A stretch of DNA of 64,000 nt from a virus. Below the pieces are notes generated by a model, which was not told the origin of the DNA, searched no databases, and worked only from the letters and a program-made list of their open reading frames with translations. Each line of letters opens with the position of its first letter. Position 1 is the stretch's first letter. Shown here one piece after another: positions 38,120 to 48,037 of the stretch. The position numbers and the translations under genes were made by a program. Location: positions 25,066 through 89,065 of IMG/VR virus record IMGVR_UViG_3300044712_001401; one strand, written 5' to 3'.

Positions 38120-38809
38120 ATGTGCGGAGTTTTTGGTTTTGTGGCGAACGGGGATCGCGGGCCGAGTCTCAAGATGCTGCGTCTTTTGGCAAAAGAAACA
38201 CAATCGCGAGGGCGTCACGCGTTCGGCTTGGCGTACGTCAACCACGACGACGAAACGGTGCGGACGTGGAAGGCTCCGGGCGACGCCGACCAGCACTTGG
38301 CGCAGCTCGACGAAGTCGCAAATGCCCGCATCGTCATCGGGCATTGCCGGTGGGCAACGCACGGATCGCCAGACGATAACGGCAACAACCACCCGCATGA
38401 AATCCGTAAGAGCGGCGGGTGGCTTGTCCACAATGGGGTCGTGCGCAATTATCGCGAAATCGTCAAGGCGTGCGGCGCTCGCATGCGGACGGAGTGCGAC
38501 TCGGAAAGCCTTGCCATCCTGCTCGGCAAGCTCAACGGAAGTGTCTCCCGTCGGCTCGCGAAAATGGCAGAGCTATCGTCGGGGGTCTTGGCGGTGCTGT
38601 CGATCATGCCGGGCGACGACGGCAGGCTGCGTCTCGGGGCAGTCCGTCGCGGTAATCCGTTGCACTATGCGGTGTCGCGTCACGGATACTATTTCGCGAG
38701 CTTGCCAAATGGGCTCGGCTACGCTCGCGAGTTTCCGGATTTGACGTCGTGGGAGTTCAACGGCGCAAAGCGACAAGCTGCGGCCGTCGTCGCGACGCTC
38801 CAAGCGTAA
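38120..38809 (+). CDS. Class II glutamine amidotransferase (Ntn hydrolase)
   Basis: N-terminal MCGVFG, IGHCRWATHG, NNHPH, HNGVV and CDSE. Confidence 0.9.
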   Translation: MCGVFGFVANGDRGPSLKMLRLLAKETQSRGRHAFGLAYVNHDDETVRTWKAPGDADQHLAQLDEVANARIVIGHCRWATHGSPDDNGNNHPHEIRKSGGWLVHNGVVRNYREIVKACGARMRTECDSESLAILLGKLNGSVSRRLAKMAELSSGVLAVLSIMPGDDGRLRLGAVRRGNPLHYAVSRHGYYFASLPNGLGYAREFPDLTSWEFNGAKRQAAAVVATLQA

Positions 38810-38818
38810 CGCGATTAC

Positions 38819-39484
38819 GTGACGCACGGCGAGGCGTTCGCTACGATGTGCGAGCCTATCGACGGCTCGCGCGTGGCGAGAGTTTTAGACGGACCGGAAA
38901 AGCTCAGACGGAGAGAGACGATGGAACATAGACGATGGCAGCCGGTACTGCCGGCGGCGTTGAACACGCCGGAGCCGAGAGCGTGGGGATTTGCGACGCA
39001 GGTAGAGCCAACTGAACGCGGTGCGTTCAATTGCTACGCTGAAATGGCGTGCGGCGGCTTTTCCTCGTTTCATGTTCATCCCCGGCATGCAAACCGGTTC
39101 AGTATTGAAGCGGGGGTCGCGGCGGTGTTCGTCGAGCGTCCTGCAGAAGAAGGCTACGACGTTTTCATTTTGGACGCGTTCGCGTCTGGATACGCCGACC
39201 GAACGATTCACGTTCACGCGGGGGCCGTTCATGCGTTCGCCTGCCTTTCGGATCGGGCGGTGGTCTTTGAGCGTTATCTTCCGGTGCTTGGTTGGGCGCA
39301 GAGTGTTCCGACGATTCGCCGATTTACGAAGTCGGGTCGGCTTTGTCCGGACGCCGGAAATCTGCAAAGTCTGGCCGATATCCTGGCTTCAATTCTCGAC
39401 GTCATCGAAGCCGTAAATCCGGAATTCTGCTGCGGTCTTGCGAATTCCGCAAAGGAGGTCGAGTGGCCGAGCCGCAAAGAATAA
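38819..39484 (+). CDS. Hypothetical protein (possible cupin)
   Basis: SSFHVHP...GAVHAF His pattern; start uncertain. Confidence 0.45.
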   Translation: MTHGEAFATMCEPIDGSRVARVLDGPEKLRRRETMEHRRWQPVLPAALNTPEPRAWGFATQVEPTERGAFNCYAEMACGGFSSFHVHPRHANRFSIEAGVAAVFVERPAEEGYDVFILDAFASGYADRTIHVHAGAVHAFACLSDRAVVFERYLPVLGWAQSVPTIRRFTKSGRLCPDAGNLQSLADILASILDVIEAVNPEFCCGLANSAKEVEWPSRKE

Positions 39485-40269
39485 TCGAACGCATGACGGT
39501 TGTTGTTGGACTCGACGCGCGAACGTCAAAGCAGTTCGTTGCGTCGTCGCCAACGTGGATCGCTGCTTATCCCGAGCTGCTGCGGGCTCGTTGGCTTGTG
39601 TTTTTCGACCAGACTCAGCTACCGGGTGATGCCGTGCTCGACGCTCTGGAGCGAGTACTACCGGCCGGCGTTGCTTTCGATTTAATGTCGTGGGGACTCG
39701 GCACGGAGTACGAGTCGCAACGCGAAAAGATGTTGACCGGGTTTGTGCTCGGGGCTCCATTTCGCGTACGGACCGATTGGTGGATTAAGATCGACACCGA
39801 CGCGCTCGCCGAGCGGCGTTCGGACTGGCCGAATCCGGATTGGTTCAGAGGCGAAGACGGCCGAACGCCGGCAATCGTGGCGAGCCCTTGGGGCTACACA
39901 AAACCAGCGGACCAAATGGCGAGGCTCGACGCGTGGGCGACGGTTGCCGGCGTTCCAGGCGAGCCGCTCAATTTGCCAGTCGAGCCGGGCGCAAGTCGGT
40001 GTTGCCATCCGCGAATTGCCTCCTGGCTCTCGTTCTATCGGACGTCGTTTACGCTTGACGCGGCTCGATACTGCGAGCCTCCGGCGTCGCGAGGCTCCGG
40101 CGTTGCGGCATACAAGATGCCGGTCCCGTCGCAGGATGGCTTTCACTGGTATATGTCGCGGCGTCTTGGCGAGCTAGTCGTTCGTGCCAATATGAAGCGA
40201 CGCGGTTGGACCAATATTTCGAGTTTTGACAAGCTCAAAGCGAGGGCCGATGAAATTCTTGGCAAGTGA
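39463..40269 (+). CDS. Putative GT-A fold glycosyltransferase
   Basis: AAGGAGG RBS; WWIKIDTDA DxD motif. Confidence 0.55.
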   Translation: MAEPQRIIERMTVVVGLDARTSKQFVASSPTWIAAYPELLRARWLVFFDQTQLPGDAVLDALERVLPAGVAFDLMSWGLGTEYESQREKMLTGFVLGAPFRVRTDWWIKIDTDALAERRSDWPNPDWFRGEDGRTPAIVASPWGYTKPADQMARLDAWATVAGVPGEPLNLPVEPGASRCCHPRIASWLSFYRTSFTLDAARYCEPPASRGSGVAAYKMPVPSQDGFHWYMSRRLGELVVRANMKRRGWTNISSFDKLKARADEILGK

Positions 40270-41137
40270 TGGCGTGCTCTACATGCTCAACGGGGACAAG
40301 CACGCGAACCATCTGGTGGTGTCTTTGTACTCGCTCCGGAAGTCGGGCTATCGCGGCGCGGTCGCAATTGCGGCCGGCGACGAAGCCGGGCGGCGCGTGG
40401 CGTCGCTGTGTCGCGCAGACTCACGACTTGGTCCGATTGTCATCGTGGAGTGGAACTGCCCTACGCGACGAACGCACGGCAACGGGATTCAATACGCGAA
40501 CAAAACGCAGATGCATACGTTGACTCCGTTCGGCCGGACGGTATTTCTTGACGCCGACACGTTGGTGGTCGGGCCGGCCGAATCGGACGATTCGTCTCCG
40601 AGCCTTGCGGATATGCTGCCGGATCACGAGCAGGTGCGATTGACGCGTTTCGCCCGTTGGACGTCGCAGGACATTGCCGGACGGATCGAGCCGTGGCGAG
40701 AAGTGCGACCGCGAGAAGTTGCGGTGCAACTCGCCAGAGCATATCCAGCAATCAACACCGGGGTCGTGGGATTTGCGAGGACGAGCCACCGGTTCATGGA
40801 TGAGTGGCGACGGGCGACGTTGCAACGAGTAGGTTTCATTTGCGACGAAATCGCGGCGCAGCTTATCTTCCCGGATTTTCCGCACGTCGTGCTGTCGGAC
40901 CGCTGGAACGCGTCACCAGTCTACTCTAACCCAATTGATTACAACGCCGGGAAGGTTATTGTCTGGCACGGACACGGATTCAAGTTTCACAAAAAAGAAG
41001 TCGGGCGAGCGATTTGGCGACCGTGGTACGAAGAAGCCATCGGCCAAAATCTAGCCGACATCGCGACGTGGACCAACAACGTGCCGAAGTCGCCAGACTC
41101 ATTTATCAAAACGGATTCGGAAGACGGGGACGAGTGA
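40250..41137 (+). CDS. GT8-like glycosyltransferase
   Basis: VSLYSL, TVFLDADTLV, INTGVVGF, RWN and VWH. Confidence 0.7.
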   Translation: MKFLASDGVLYMLNGDKHANHLVVSLYSLRKSGYRGAVAIAAGDEAGRRVASLCRADSRLGPIVIVEWNCPTRRTHGNGIQYANKTQMHTLTPFGRTVFLDADTLVVGPAESDDSSPSLADMLPDHEQVRLTRFARWTSQDIAGRIEPWREVRPREVAVQLARAYPAINTGVVGFARTSHRFMDEWRRATLQRVGFICDEIAAQLIFPDFPHVVLSDRWNASPVYSNPIDYNAGKVIVWHGHGFKFHKKEVGRAIWRPWYEEAIGQNLADIATWTNNVPKSPDSFIKTDSEDGDE

Positions 41138-42345
41138 TGCTTCCGCGAACCTTTGAGTTTGATGACTACCCACGAGACGGAATCCGGTTGTTGTCATTGC
41201 TGGATTTTCTCAAGTCTCGCTATCCAAAATTCAAGGCGTGCGTCTTTTGTATTCCGGTGGAAATGACCGACGCTGCGTGGTCTGAATTGCTACGCCGCTC
41301 GGAGTGGTTGAAAGCGTATCCGCACGGCTTTAAGCACGTGAAGGGCGAGTGCCGACGCAGCAAGAAAAAAGCGAGACACCTAAAGACGCTCGACGCGATC
41401 GCGCGCGACGCACGGTGGGGCTCCGTCTTTAAGCCACCGTGGTACGGCTACTGCGGCGAGTTTTTCGCGGAGCTGCACACTCGCGGATTTTCGCTTGCGA
41501 CTAAGTCGCTCCAGCATCTACCGTTCCCGATGCCGGCCGAGTGGCGAACGTGGAACGTACGCGACGCCGAGTGGGCTACGAGTCGCGACGCGCGCAAGCG
41601 AGACGCCGGAAGGCACGTTGTTTGTCACCCGGTGTATAACGACGCACGAGCCAACAAGGCAAAGCGAACGGAGATCTCGTCGAAGCACGTCGCACGGTGG
41701 TCGCATGACTGGACACCCGACGATGAGTGGGCTTTCGTCGACGCGTTGGTGCGTCCGGTGACCGTTAAGCTGCATCTGGCTTGCGGTCCGGATGCGGTGT
41801 GGCAAGGCTGGGACTCGTTCGACGCGCGGGAATTTCCGGGCGTGCAACAATGGCGGTGGGGCGAGTCGCTGCCGTTCGGAGACAACCGCGCGGACGTGGC
41901 TTTTTGCTCGCACTCGTTCAACTACATCGACGAAAGCGAGTACGCAACGGCCGCGCTCGAAGTTTGGCGAGTGCTGCGCCCTGGCGCGATCTGGCGACTG
42001 TCCGAGGACGCGACCGATAGCGGTTACGTTTGGCGTTCTCCGGGGCAGCGCGCTCGCGGAACTGGGACGATTCGGTCGCTGCCAACGCGGGCCAAACTCG
42101 TAGCGGCTCTCCGTCGAGTTGGGTTCACGGTTCACGATGCGGAGCCGGGCAACACGCGGTCGGTTCATTCCGACGTGTTGCAAGGCGATAGTCGAGACCG
42201 ACGGTATCGAGCCGGCCACAAGTTCTATCTTGAAGCGTGCAAGTCGATCGACATTCCGGATTTGTCGCGGTCGCGGTTTTACGACCCGCGAGCCAGACGC
42301 ACCGGAGTCTATCGGCTGCCAGACGAGGCGGAGCAATCGCGATGA
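41137..42345 (+). CDS. Polysaccharide deacetylase-like domain fused to a class I SAM methyltransferase
   Basis: FDDY, HGFKH and FKPPW; then KLHLACG, LPFGDNRAD, SHSFNY and EVWRVLRPGA. Confidence 0.65.
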   Translation: MLPRTFEFDDYPRDGIRLLSLLDFLKSRYPKFKACVFCIPVEMTDAAWSELLRRSEWLKAYPHGFKHVKGECRRSKKKARHLKTLDAIARDARWGSVFKPPWYGYCGEFFAELHTRGFSLATKSLQHLPFPMPAEWRTWNVRDAEWATSRDARKRDAGRHVVCHPVYNDARANKAKRTEISSKHVARWSHDWTPDDEWAFVDALVRPVTVKLHLACGPDAVWQGWDSFDAREFPGVQQWRWGESLPFGDNRADVAFCSHSFNYIDESEYATAALEVWRVLRPGAIWRLSEDATDSGYVWRSPGQRARGTGTIRSLPTRAKLVAALRRVGFTVHDAEPGNTRSVHSDVLQGDSRDRRYRAGHKFYLEACKSIDIPDLSRSRFYDPRARRTGVYRLPDEAEQSR

Positions 42346-43124
42346 GCTTTCAACGCACGATTGATATCGTAACGCACGTTTACTGCCCACCCGGATTGAG
42401 CTGCTACGCGAAGCACCTGCTGTGGCAATATGCGAGCCTGCGTCGATACTCGCCACCAGAAGTTTGCGTGCGCCTCAAAGTCTGTGCGTCGTTTCATGAC
42501 AAGACGACGATGGCGATTCTCGCCCGCGTGTTGGATGACGATTCGCGGCGAGCAACTCCGGAGTTTGCGGTTGTTCCAGTGTTGCTAGACCAGGAGCGGC
42601 TGTTTCGGCGCGCGATTGGTCGTAACATTGCGACCAACGCAACTCTCGCCGATGTGGTGTGGTATACCGACGCCGATTATCTATTTGGCGACGGATGCCT
42701 AGACGCGGTTGCGCGGCTCGTGCGTCCGGATCAGTGCGCCATGCCTGCTCGCGTCAAGATTTCGACGGATCATGAAACCGGTCAACGTATGGTTGACGAC
42801 CCGCCGCTCGACGACGACGGATGGCCGGTCATTGACGACACCCGGTTTTCGGAGCGGCGCGAAAGAGTCGCTATCGGCGGGCTGCAAATCGTCGGCGGCG
42901 ACGTCGTGCGCGAGCGAGGCTACTTGCGAGAAGACCGCGAGTGGCAGCAGCCAGTCGACGCAAGCCTAGGGTTTCGCTCGTGCAAATGCGACGTCGCATT
43001 TCGTCGATACGTTGGGCAGCCGTTCGTTCGGCTGGATATTCCCAACGTCTATCGAATTCGGCACACATCCGACGGACGCGACTTTGCGGCCGACGGGACC
43101 AACTTGGGGAAGCAGGCGTGGTAG
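42342..43124 (+). CDS. GT2-like glycosyltransferase
   Basis: RAIGRN, VWYTDADY and IGGLQIV. Confidence 0.65.
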   Translation: MSFQRTIDIVTHVYCPPGLSCYAKHLLWQYASLRRYSPPEVCVRLKVCASFHDKTTMAILARVLDDDSRRATPEFAVVPVLLDQERLFRRAIGRNIATNATLADVVWYTDADYLFGDGCLDAVARLVRPDQCAMPARVKISTDHETGQRMVDDPPLDDDGWPVIDDTRFSERRERVAIGGLQIVGGDVVRERGYLREDREWQQPVDASLGFRSCKCDVAFRRYVGQPFVRLDIPNVYRIRHTSDGRDFAADGTNLGKQAW

Positions 43125-43780
43125 CAACGATCGAAAATCCAAAGACGGATGAACGCGGGCGACGCTGGACCAACGAGTGGTTTGAGTCTGGCACTCGCCC
43201 GACGTGGGACAAATTGCTGCTGCCATACGTCGCGAAAGCGTTTCCACTTGGAACCGCTCGCTACGTGGAGATTGGCGTCTGCGAGGGAGCGTCGATGTTG
43301 TACGCGCTCGAATCGCTCAACGTCTGGTCGGCGGATGGCATCGATCCGTGGCGTCCGATTCGCGATTTGGAGCGGCTGCGCCGAGCGTCGGCTGCATACG
43401 AAGAGCATGCGAGGCACAATCTAAGCGTCTACACGTCGCAGCAAATCACGGGGCGAGGCAAGTACACTCGGACGCGGGCGAGACTGCATGCGCGGTCGTC
43501 GTACGATATGATTCGCGACGGCTCATTCGCGGCGCTTGGCGAGTTCGATATCGCCTATGTCGACGGCGATCACGCGGCGGCGCGAGCGTTGGTCGATTGC
43601 TGCGCTTGCTTTGGCTCGCTCGTTCGCGGCGGCGTGCTGATTATCGACGACCTGGACCGGCGTTGGCATCTTGGCAAACCGTGGGTGTACGAGGCAGCTC
43701 GGGCGTTTCTCGACGCGTTCGAGAAGCTCTACCGGGTGCTCTATCGAACGGACACGCAACTGGCGGTGGTAAAACTATGA
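43118..43780 (+). CDS. Class I SAM methyltransferase (Methyltransf_24-like)
   Basis: YVEIGVCEGAS, FDIAYVDGDH and GGVLIIDD. Confidence 0.85.
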   Translation: MVATIENPKTDERGRRWTNEWFESGTRPTWDKLLLPYVAKAFPLGTARYVEIGVCEGASMLYALESLNVWSADGIDPWRPIRDLERLRRASAAYEEHARHNLSVYTSQQITGRGKYTRTRARLHARSSYDMIRDGSFAALGEFDIAYVDGDHAAARALVDCCACFGSLVRGGVLIIDDLDRRWHLGKPWVYEAARAFLDAFEKLYRVLYRTDTQLAVVKL

Positions 43781-44406
43781 GCGACGCGACGGAGCAAGGT
43801 GCATTTGGAGCAAAATTTTCGCGGCGTCGCGGAGCCTCAATCGACGAGTCGCTCGCGGAGGTGCTGCGCCACGTAATTGCGGACGCGCAAGCACGCATGA
43901 ATCCGCTCACGACGACGGTGGCGGATATCGGCGCGGGGGCCGGCGGCTACGTGCTGATGGCGTCGAAGCTGCCGGGCGTGCTCGCTGTCGGAGTGGACGG
44001 GACGCCGGGGATCGAGCAAATCTCCGGCGGTTTCGTGCGTGAGGTAAACTTAGCCTCCGTGCAGCTAACCAATTGGGTATTCTGGACGTGGGAGGACCGG
44101 TTCAAGCAAGTGAAGCGAACTACGCTCGACGTCGCGTGGTTCATCGAAGTTGGCGAGCATATTCCAAAGATTTGCGAGCAAATCGTCTTCTGGAACTTGT
44201 GGCGCAGCAATGCGGCGACGTTGGTGGTTTCATGGGCGACGCCGGGGCAACGCGGTCGCGGACACGTCAACTGCCGGTCTTCGGAATACGTCGCGAACCG
44301 TCTAGGCGAAAGCGGATACGTCATTGACGACGAGGCGACTGCCAACGCAAGGCGCAGCGCGGGGCGAGGCTGGGACCGGAAACTGATGATTTTGAGGCGA
44401 GCATGA
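43777..44406 (+). CDS. Class I SAM methyltransferase
   Basis: VADIGAGAGGY, EVGEHIP and SWATPGQRGRGHVNC. Confidence 0.8.
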   Translation: MSDATEQGAFGAKFSRRRGASIDESLAEVLRHVIADAQARMNPLTTTVADIGAGAGGYVLMASKLPGVLAVGVDGTPGIEQISGGFVREVNLASVQLTNWVFWTWEDRFKQVKRTTLDVAWFIEVGEHIPKICEQIVFWNLWRSNAATLVVSWATPGQRGRGHVNCRSSEYVANRLGESGYVIDDEATANARRSAGRGWDRKLMILRRA

Positions 44407-44636
44407 GCAACGAATGTAAGCTGCGAGTTCGTAGACGCGGAGACTTCGTTGAAACGTACACGGCGACGCGAGCCGGGGCCGGCGTGATTTTTTGTCGCGC
44501 CGGCAATGCCATCACAAGTCGTGGCGAATTCGCCTTTCCTCGCGACGTAGCGGCGGACGTTGCCGAGTGGGACCGGATCTATGAGCGGCTCGGAGGCGTG
44601 GCGATTTACGACGAGGACGGAGATCAGGTTTTGTAA
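44403..44636 (+). CDS. Hypothetical protein
   Basis: ATGA overlap with the upstream gene. Confidence 0.5.
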   Translation: MSNECKLRVRRRGDFVETYTATRAGAGVIFCRAGNAITSRGEFAFPRDVAADVAEWDRIYERLGGVAIYDEDGDQVL

Positions 44637-44750
44637 AGATCCGAGAATCCGGTTGCCGAACTATTCCGGGCATGGTATAGAATACGTCGAGCCGCACGAG
44701 AGCCGAGCGTGAGTCGCGAGGCGCGGCAAGAAGGCGACGGGAGACGCAGG

Positions 44751-45062
44751 ATGCTAGTATTATCGCGAGAGATTGGAGAGACGATTCACATCGGCGACAA
44801 CGTCACGGTGACGGTTGTTGAGCTGCGACGTCATGGCGCTATGCGAGTGCGTCTCGGAGTGGACGCACCGCCCGACGTGCGAATTTGTCGCGGGGCGAAG
44901 CAAGCGGCGACGGACGACCCGCAAACGCGAGCCGAGCGGCGTTTAATCGCGGCGTTGCGAGAGTTTTTTACGCACGGGCCGGCAGACTCAATGGCGGCGC
45001 TGTCTGCCATCGTCGCTCGCTTGGCGACGGAATCAAACGACGGGAGACTTGGCGATGAATGA
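44751..45062 (+). CDS. csrA: Carbon storage regulator (CsrA/RsmA) family protein with C-terminal extension
   Basis: MLVLSREIGETIHIGDNVTVTV...VRLGVDAPPDVRICR. Confidence 0.85.
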   Translation: MLVLSREIGETIHIGDNVTVTVVELRRHGAMRVRLGVDAPPDVRICRGAKQAATDDPQTRAERRLIAALREFFTHGPADSMAALSAIVARLATESNDGRLGDE

Positions 45063-45972
45063 CCCTCTATCCGTGCCGGTGGAAGTACCGGCGGAGGACG
45101 CGTTGCGATCACGTGACGCGGCAAGCGATATCGAGCGGCGGGCGATGGAAGGCGCGGAGTATCACCGCGCCGAGGGACTTTCGCAAAGCATGCTGAAAGT
45201 GTTCCGCGAAGACCCCGAGCGATTTTTTGAGCTGTACGTTTCGCGCGTCGTCGCCGACGCAAGCGAGCCAACGGACTCGCAGCGGTTCGGTCTGGCGTTG
45301 GAACGGCTCGTGTTTTACGGCGAGACTGGGCATAAACTGATTCCTCCGGACGTGCTCAACGAGCAGGGACACCGCAAGGGCGGACGCTGGACCGAATTTA
45401 AGAACCGGATGGAGCAAGAACACGGTCCGGGCGTGTCGCTTTTGACAATCGACGAGTGGGACAAAAAGGTCGGTCCCGTCATGACCGCATGCGACAAGCT
45501 GCGCGAACACCCGCGAGCGTCCAAGCTCTTGTGGGGGCAAGGCGATCCGCATGTTGCCTATTTTTGGACGGACGAACAAACCGGGCTGCGCTGTAAATGC
45601 CAGCTCGATATTTTGTCCTCGCGTGGAATCATCGTCGACTTGAAGGCGATGGCTTCGGTGTCGGCTCGTGATTTCGCGTCTTCGGTGTACGAGTACGGAT
45701 ATCACTGGCAGGCTTGGTGGTATCAGCAAGCGGTGCGGCGAGCGACAGGCGAAACGATGCCTTTCGTTTTCGTTTGCGCGAAAAACAAACCGTCGCATCA
45801 CGCCGAGTGCTACGAGCTAGGCGCGGACTGGATGCGATTAGCAGAGTTAGAGATTCGGCGGTCACTCGCCGATCTGAAAGCGGCGTATGACACCGGAGAT
45901 TGGCATAGTGCCACTCACGGAGATGTTACGGTTTTGAACCCGCCGAGTTGGGTTCTCACGAAGACGGAGTAA
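45055..45972 (+). CDS. RecE/exonuclease VIII-like PD-(D/E)xK nuclease (DUF3799-like)
   Basis: LSQSMLK, CKCQLD, IVDLK and YGYHWQAWWY. Confidence 0.82.
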   Translation: MNDPLSVPVEVPAEDALRSRDAASDIERRAMEGAEYHRAEGLSQSMLKVFREDPERFFELYVSRVVADASEPTDSQRFGLALERLVFYGETGHKLIPPDVLNEQGHRKGGRWTEFKNRMEQEHGPGVSLLTIDEWDKKVGPVMTACDKLREHPRASKLLWGQGDPHVAYFWTDEQTGLRCKCQLDILSSRGIIVDLKAMASVSARDFASSVYEYGYHWQAWWYQQAVRRATGETMPFVFVCAKNKPSHHAECYELGADWMRLAELEIRRSLADLKAAYDTGDWHSATHGDVTVLNPPSWVLTKTE

Positions 45973-45977
45973 AAACG

Positions 45978-47342
45978 ATGGCAATGGGACAGACGGACGA
46001 CATGGGGTTTGAGGATTCCGTATTAGCGGGATTATCCGCGAACGCGGTTACGGCGCTTTCGACGACAGGGGTAACGGCGCAACGGACTGGAAATCAATTC
46101 TCAACGGCGGTTCGCGTTCAAGTTCCTCGCGTGCTGCAAGAAAAGCACAAGCAACTGCTGCAAGAAGCGACGCTCGCGGGAGAGTCGTTCTACTACGGCT
46201 GGGGGACCGGAAAAGACCGGGTTCTGGGACCGTCGATTGGGCTCGCAATGGCTGCGGCGAGAGTGTGGGGCAACTGCGCGGTCGACCTTGCGCCCATGCA
46301 GGAAGCGGCGGACGCGTGGATTTTCACGGCTCAATTTATTGACCTGGAAACCGGTTTCACGCTCGCGCGACAATTCCGCCAATCGAAGCACTGGTCGGTG
46401 CAGGGAAAGTACGACCAGGAGCGAAAAGATGACATGAGGTTTCAGATCGGCCAGTCAAAGGCGGCTCGCAATGTCGTCATCAACGCGCTGCCAAAGTGGC
46501 TCATTGATGCGGCGGTCGCGGCGGCTCAAAACGGCGTGCGAAAGCGCATCGAGCAGTACGTTGAAACCAACGGGCTCGCGAAAGCCGTTGATATTGTGCT
46601 CAAGCAGCTCAAGCAGCACGGCGTCAGCGAAGAAGCAATATTGGCAAAATGCCAAGTCGCGAAGGTGACGGGGCTCGACGTCGAGCACGTCGTGATGTTG
46701 CGTGGCGACCTATATTCGCTCCAGCAAGGCACGGACCGTCCGGAGGCGTTGTTCCCAACGGGCGGCGAGTTGCCGGCGGCGCAGCAAGCGACAAACGCCA
46801 CGACGACGCGAGGGACCGGTCCGGTGCGGTCGGCGGTTAACGATGCGCTGGATGACGACGCGGCGACGGACTCGCGGCCGGTGCAATCCGAGAAGGCGAA
46901 AGTCGCGAGCGAGCAAGCGACGACGCCGGCGGCAAAATCAAAGAAACCGCGAGCCGAGGCGTCTGCGGTGACAAAATCGACGCCAGCTCCGGTAGGTCCG
47001 CCGGCTGAACCGGTTCCGTCGCCGATCGACGCGGTGGCGGATGACGTTGGCGAGTTGGCAACGGCAGTCGCTGGCGAGCAGCCAATTGCATCCGACAACT
47101 CCGCGACGGACGTGGAGCCGCAGTCGCAGCCGTCGTCGGGCGGCGACGTCGGCGAGGGACTCATTGATTTGCCAAACGGATTCCGCGCGCGGCTCAAGAC
47201 GACTCGCGCGCCGGCGGAAATCGACGCGCTGATGAAGGAGTTCGACGTCGAGACGACGACGGATGAGCAATGGAAGGTGATGACGACGTTGGCGGAAAAG
47301 CGACGCGTTGAACTACGCCAAGCGGCGCGACGCGGAGCCTAG
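45978..47342 (+). CDS. Probable single-strand annealing/recombination protein
   Basis: Follows the RecE-like gene; GPSIGLA...WGN...DLET...SKAARN core with a disordered C-terminus. Confidence 0.55.
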   Translation: MAMGQTDDMGFEDSVLAGLSANAVTALSTTGVTAQRTGNQFSTAVRVQVPRVLQEKHKQLLQEATLAGESFYYGWGTGKDRVLGPSIGLAMAAARVWGNCAVDLAPMQEAADAWIFTAQFIDLETGFTLARQFRQSKHWSVQGKYDQERKDDMRFQIGQSKAARNVVINALPKWLIDAAVAAAQNGVRKRIEQYVETNGLAKAVDIVLKQLKQHGVSEEAILAKCQVAKVTGLDVEHVVMLRGDLYSLQQGTDRPEALFPTGGELPAAQQATNATTTRGTGPVRSAVNDALDDDAATDSRPVQSEKAKVASEQATTPAAKSKKPRAEASAVTKSTPAPVGPPAEPVPSPIDAVADDVGELATAVAGEQPIASDNSATDVEPQSQPSSGGDVGEGLIDLPNGFRARLKTTRAPAEIDALMKEFDVETTTDEQWKVMTTLAEKRRVELRQAARRGA

Positions 47343-47499
47343 CGTTTTGGCGCGACGCGGAGCGAGTCGAGACGCACCACCAGAAGCATTCCGTGATGCT
47401 CGGATTCTGGCGAGGAAGGTGGGCGGCGCGGTAGCCGGCGCAACTCTCGACTCGCTCGCGGCGTTGCGCGCGAGCAATCTTGAGGCGTGGGGATTCGCG

Positions 47500-47802
47500 A
47501 TGGGACAGCGAGAGCTTTTCGACGGGGACGGAAACCCGACCGCGAGACGCGGACTTGCGCCGCGCGACCCGCACGTGCGAACGAGTGACGCACCGCGAAT
47601 TCGCGGGCAAAATCTCGCGGTGTTGTTGCGCCTGCGGGAGCGTCCGGCTACGTCCGCCGAGTTGGCGGCGATTTCGTTGAAGTACACTGGGCGAGTCTCG
47701 GATTTGCGCAAAGCCGGCGCGGAGATTATCTACGACGGCGAACGGGCCGTTTACGTGCTAGTGCGGGATCTCATTTTGGACGGAGACACCAACCGTGGCT
47801 GA
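47500..47802 (+). CDS. Small winged-helix protein
   Basis: RPATSAELAAI...RVSDLRKAG. Confidence 0.6.
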   Translation: MGQRELFDGDGNPTARRGLAPRDPHVRTSDAPRIRGQNLAVLLRLRERPATSAELAAISLKYTGRVSDLRKAGAEIIYDGERAVYVLVRDLILDGDTNRG

Positions 47803-47977
47803 TCCGAAACGCAAGCCGGGAAGTCGAGCGGCAGCGGTTGTTTGTCAATGTCGCGCGCACAATCCAACGCTGTGGAAAGACGAGCCGGCGGTGTCTGGCT
47901 CAATTCGGACGGTTTGCAAGCTATGCGGGCGTTTCATCGGACGACGGCCGGTGGACGACAAACGGAAGACCCGCTAA
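47795..47977 (+). CDS. Small Zn-ribbon hypothetical protein
   Basis: GGAG RBS; CxC and CxxC. Confidence 0.45.
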   Translation: MADPKRKPGSRAAAVVCQCRAHNPTLWKDEPAVSGSIRTVCKLCGRFIGRRPVDDKRKTR

Positions 47978-48037
47978 GGTTCGACGCGTCGACGCAAGAC
48001 GACACGCGAAGCGAGACGCGAGACGGGAGACGAGACG

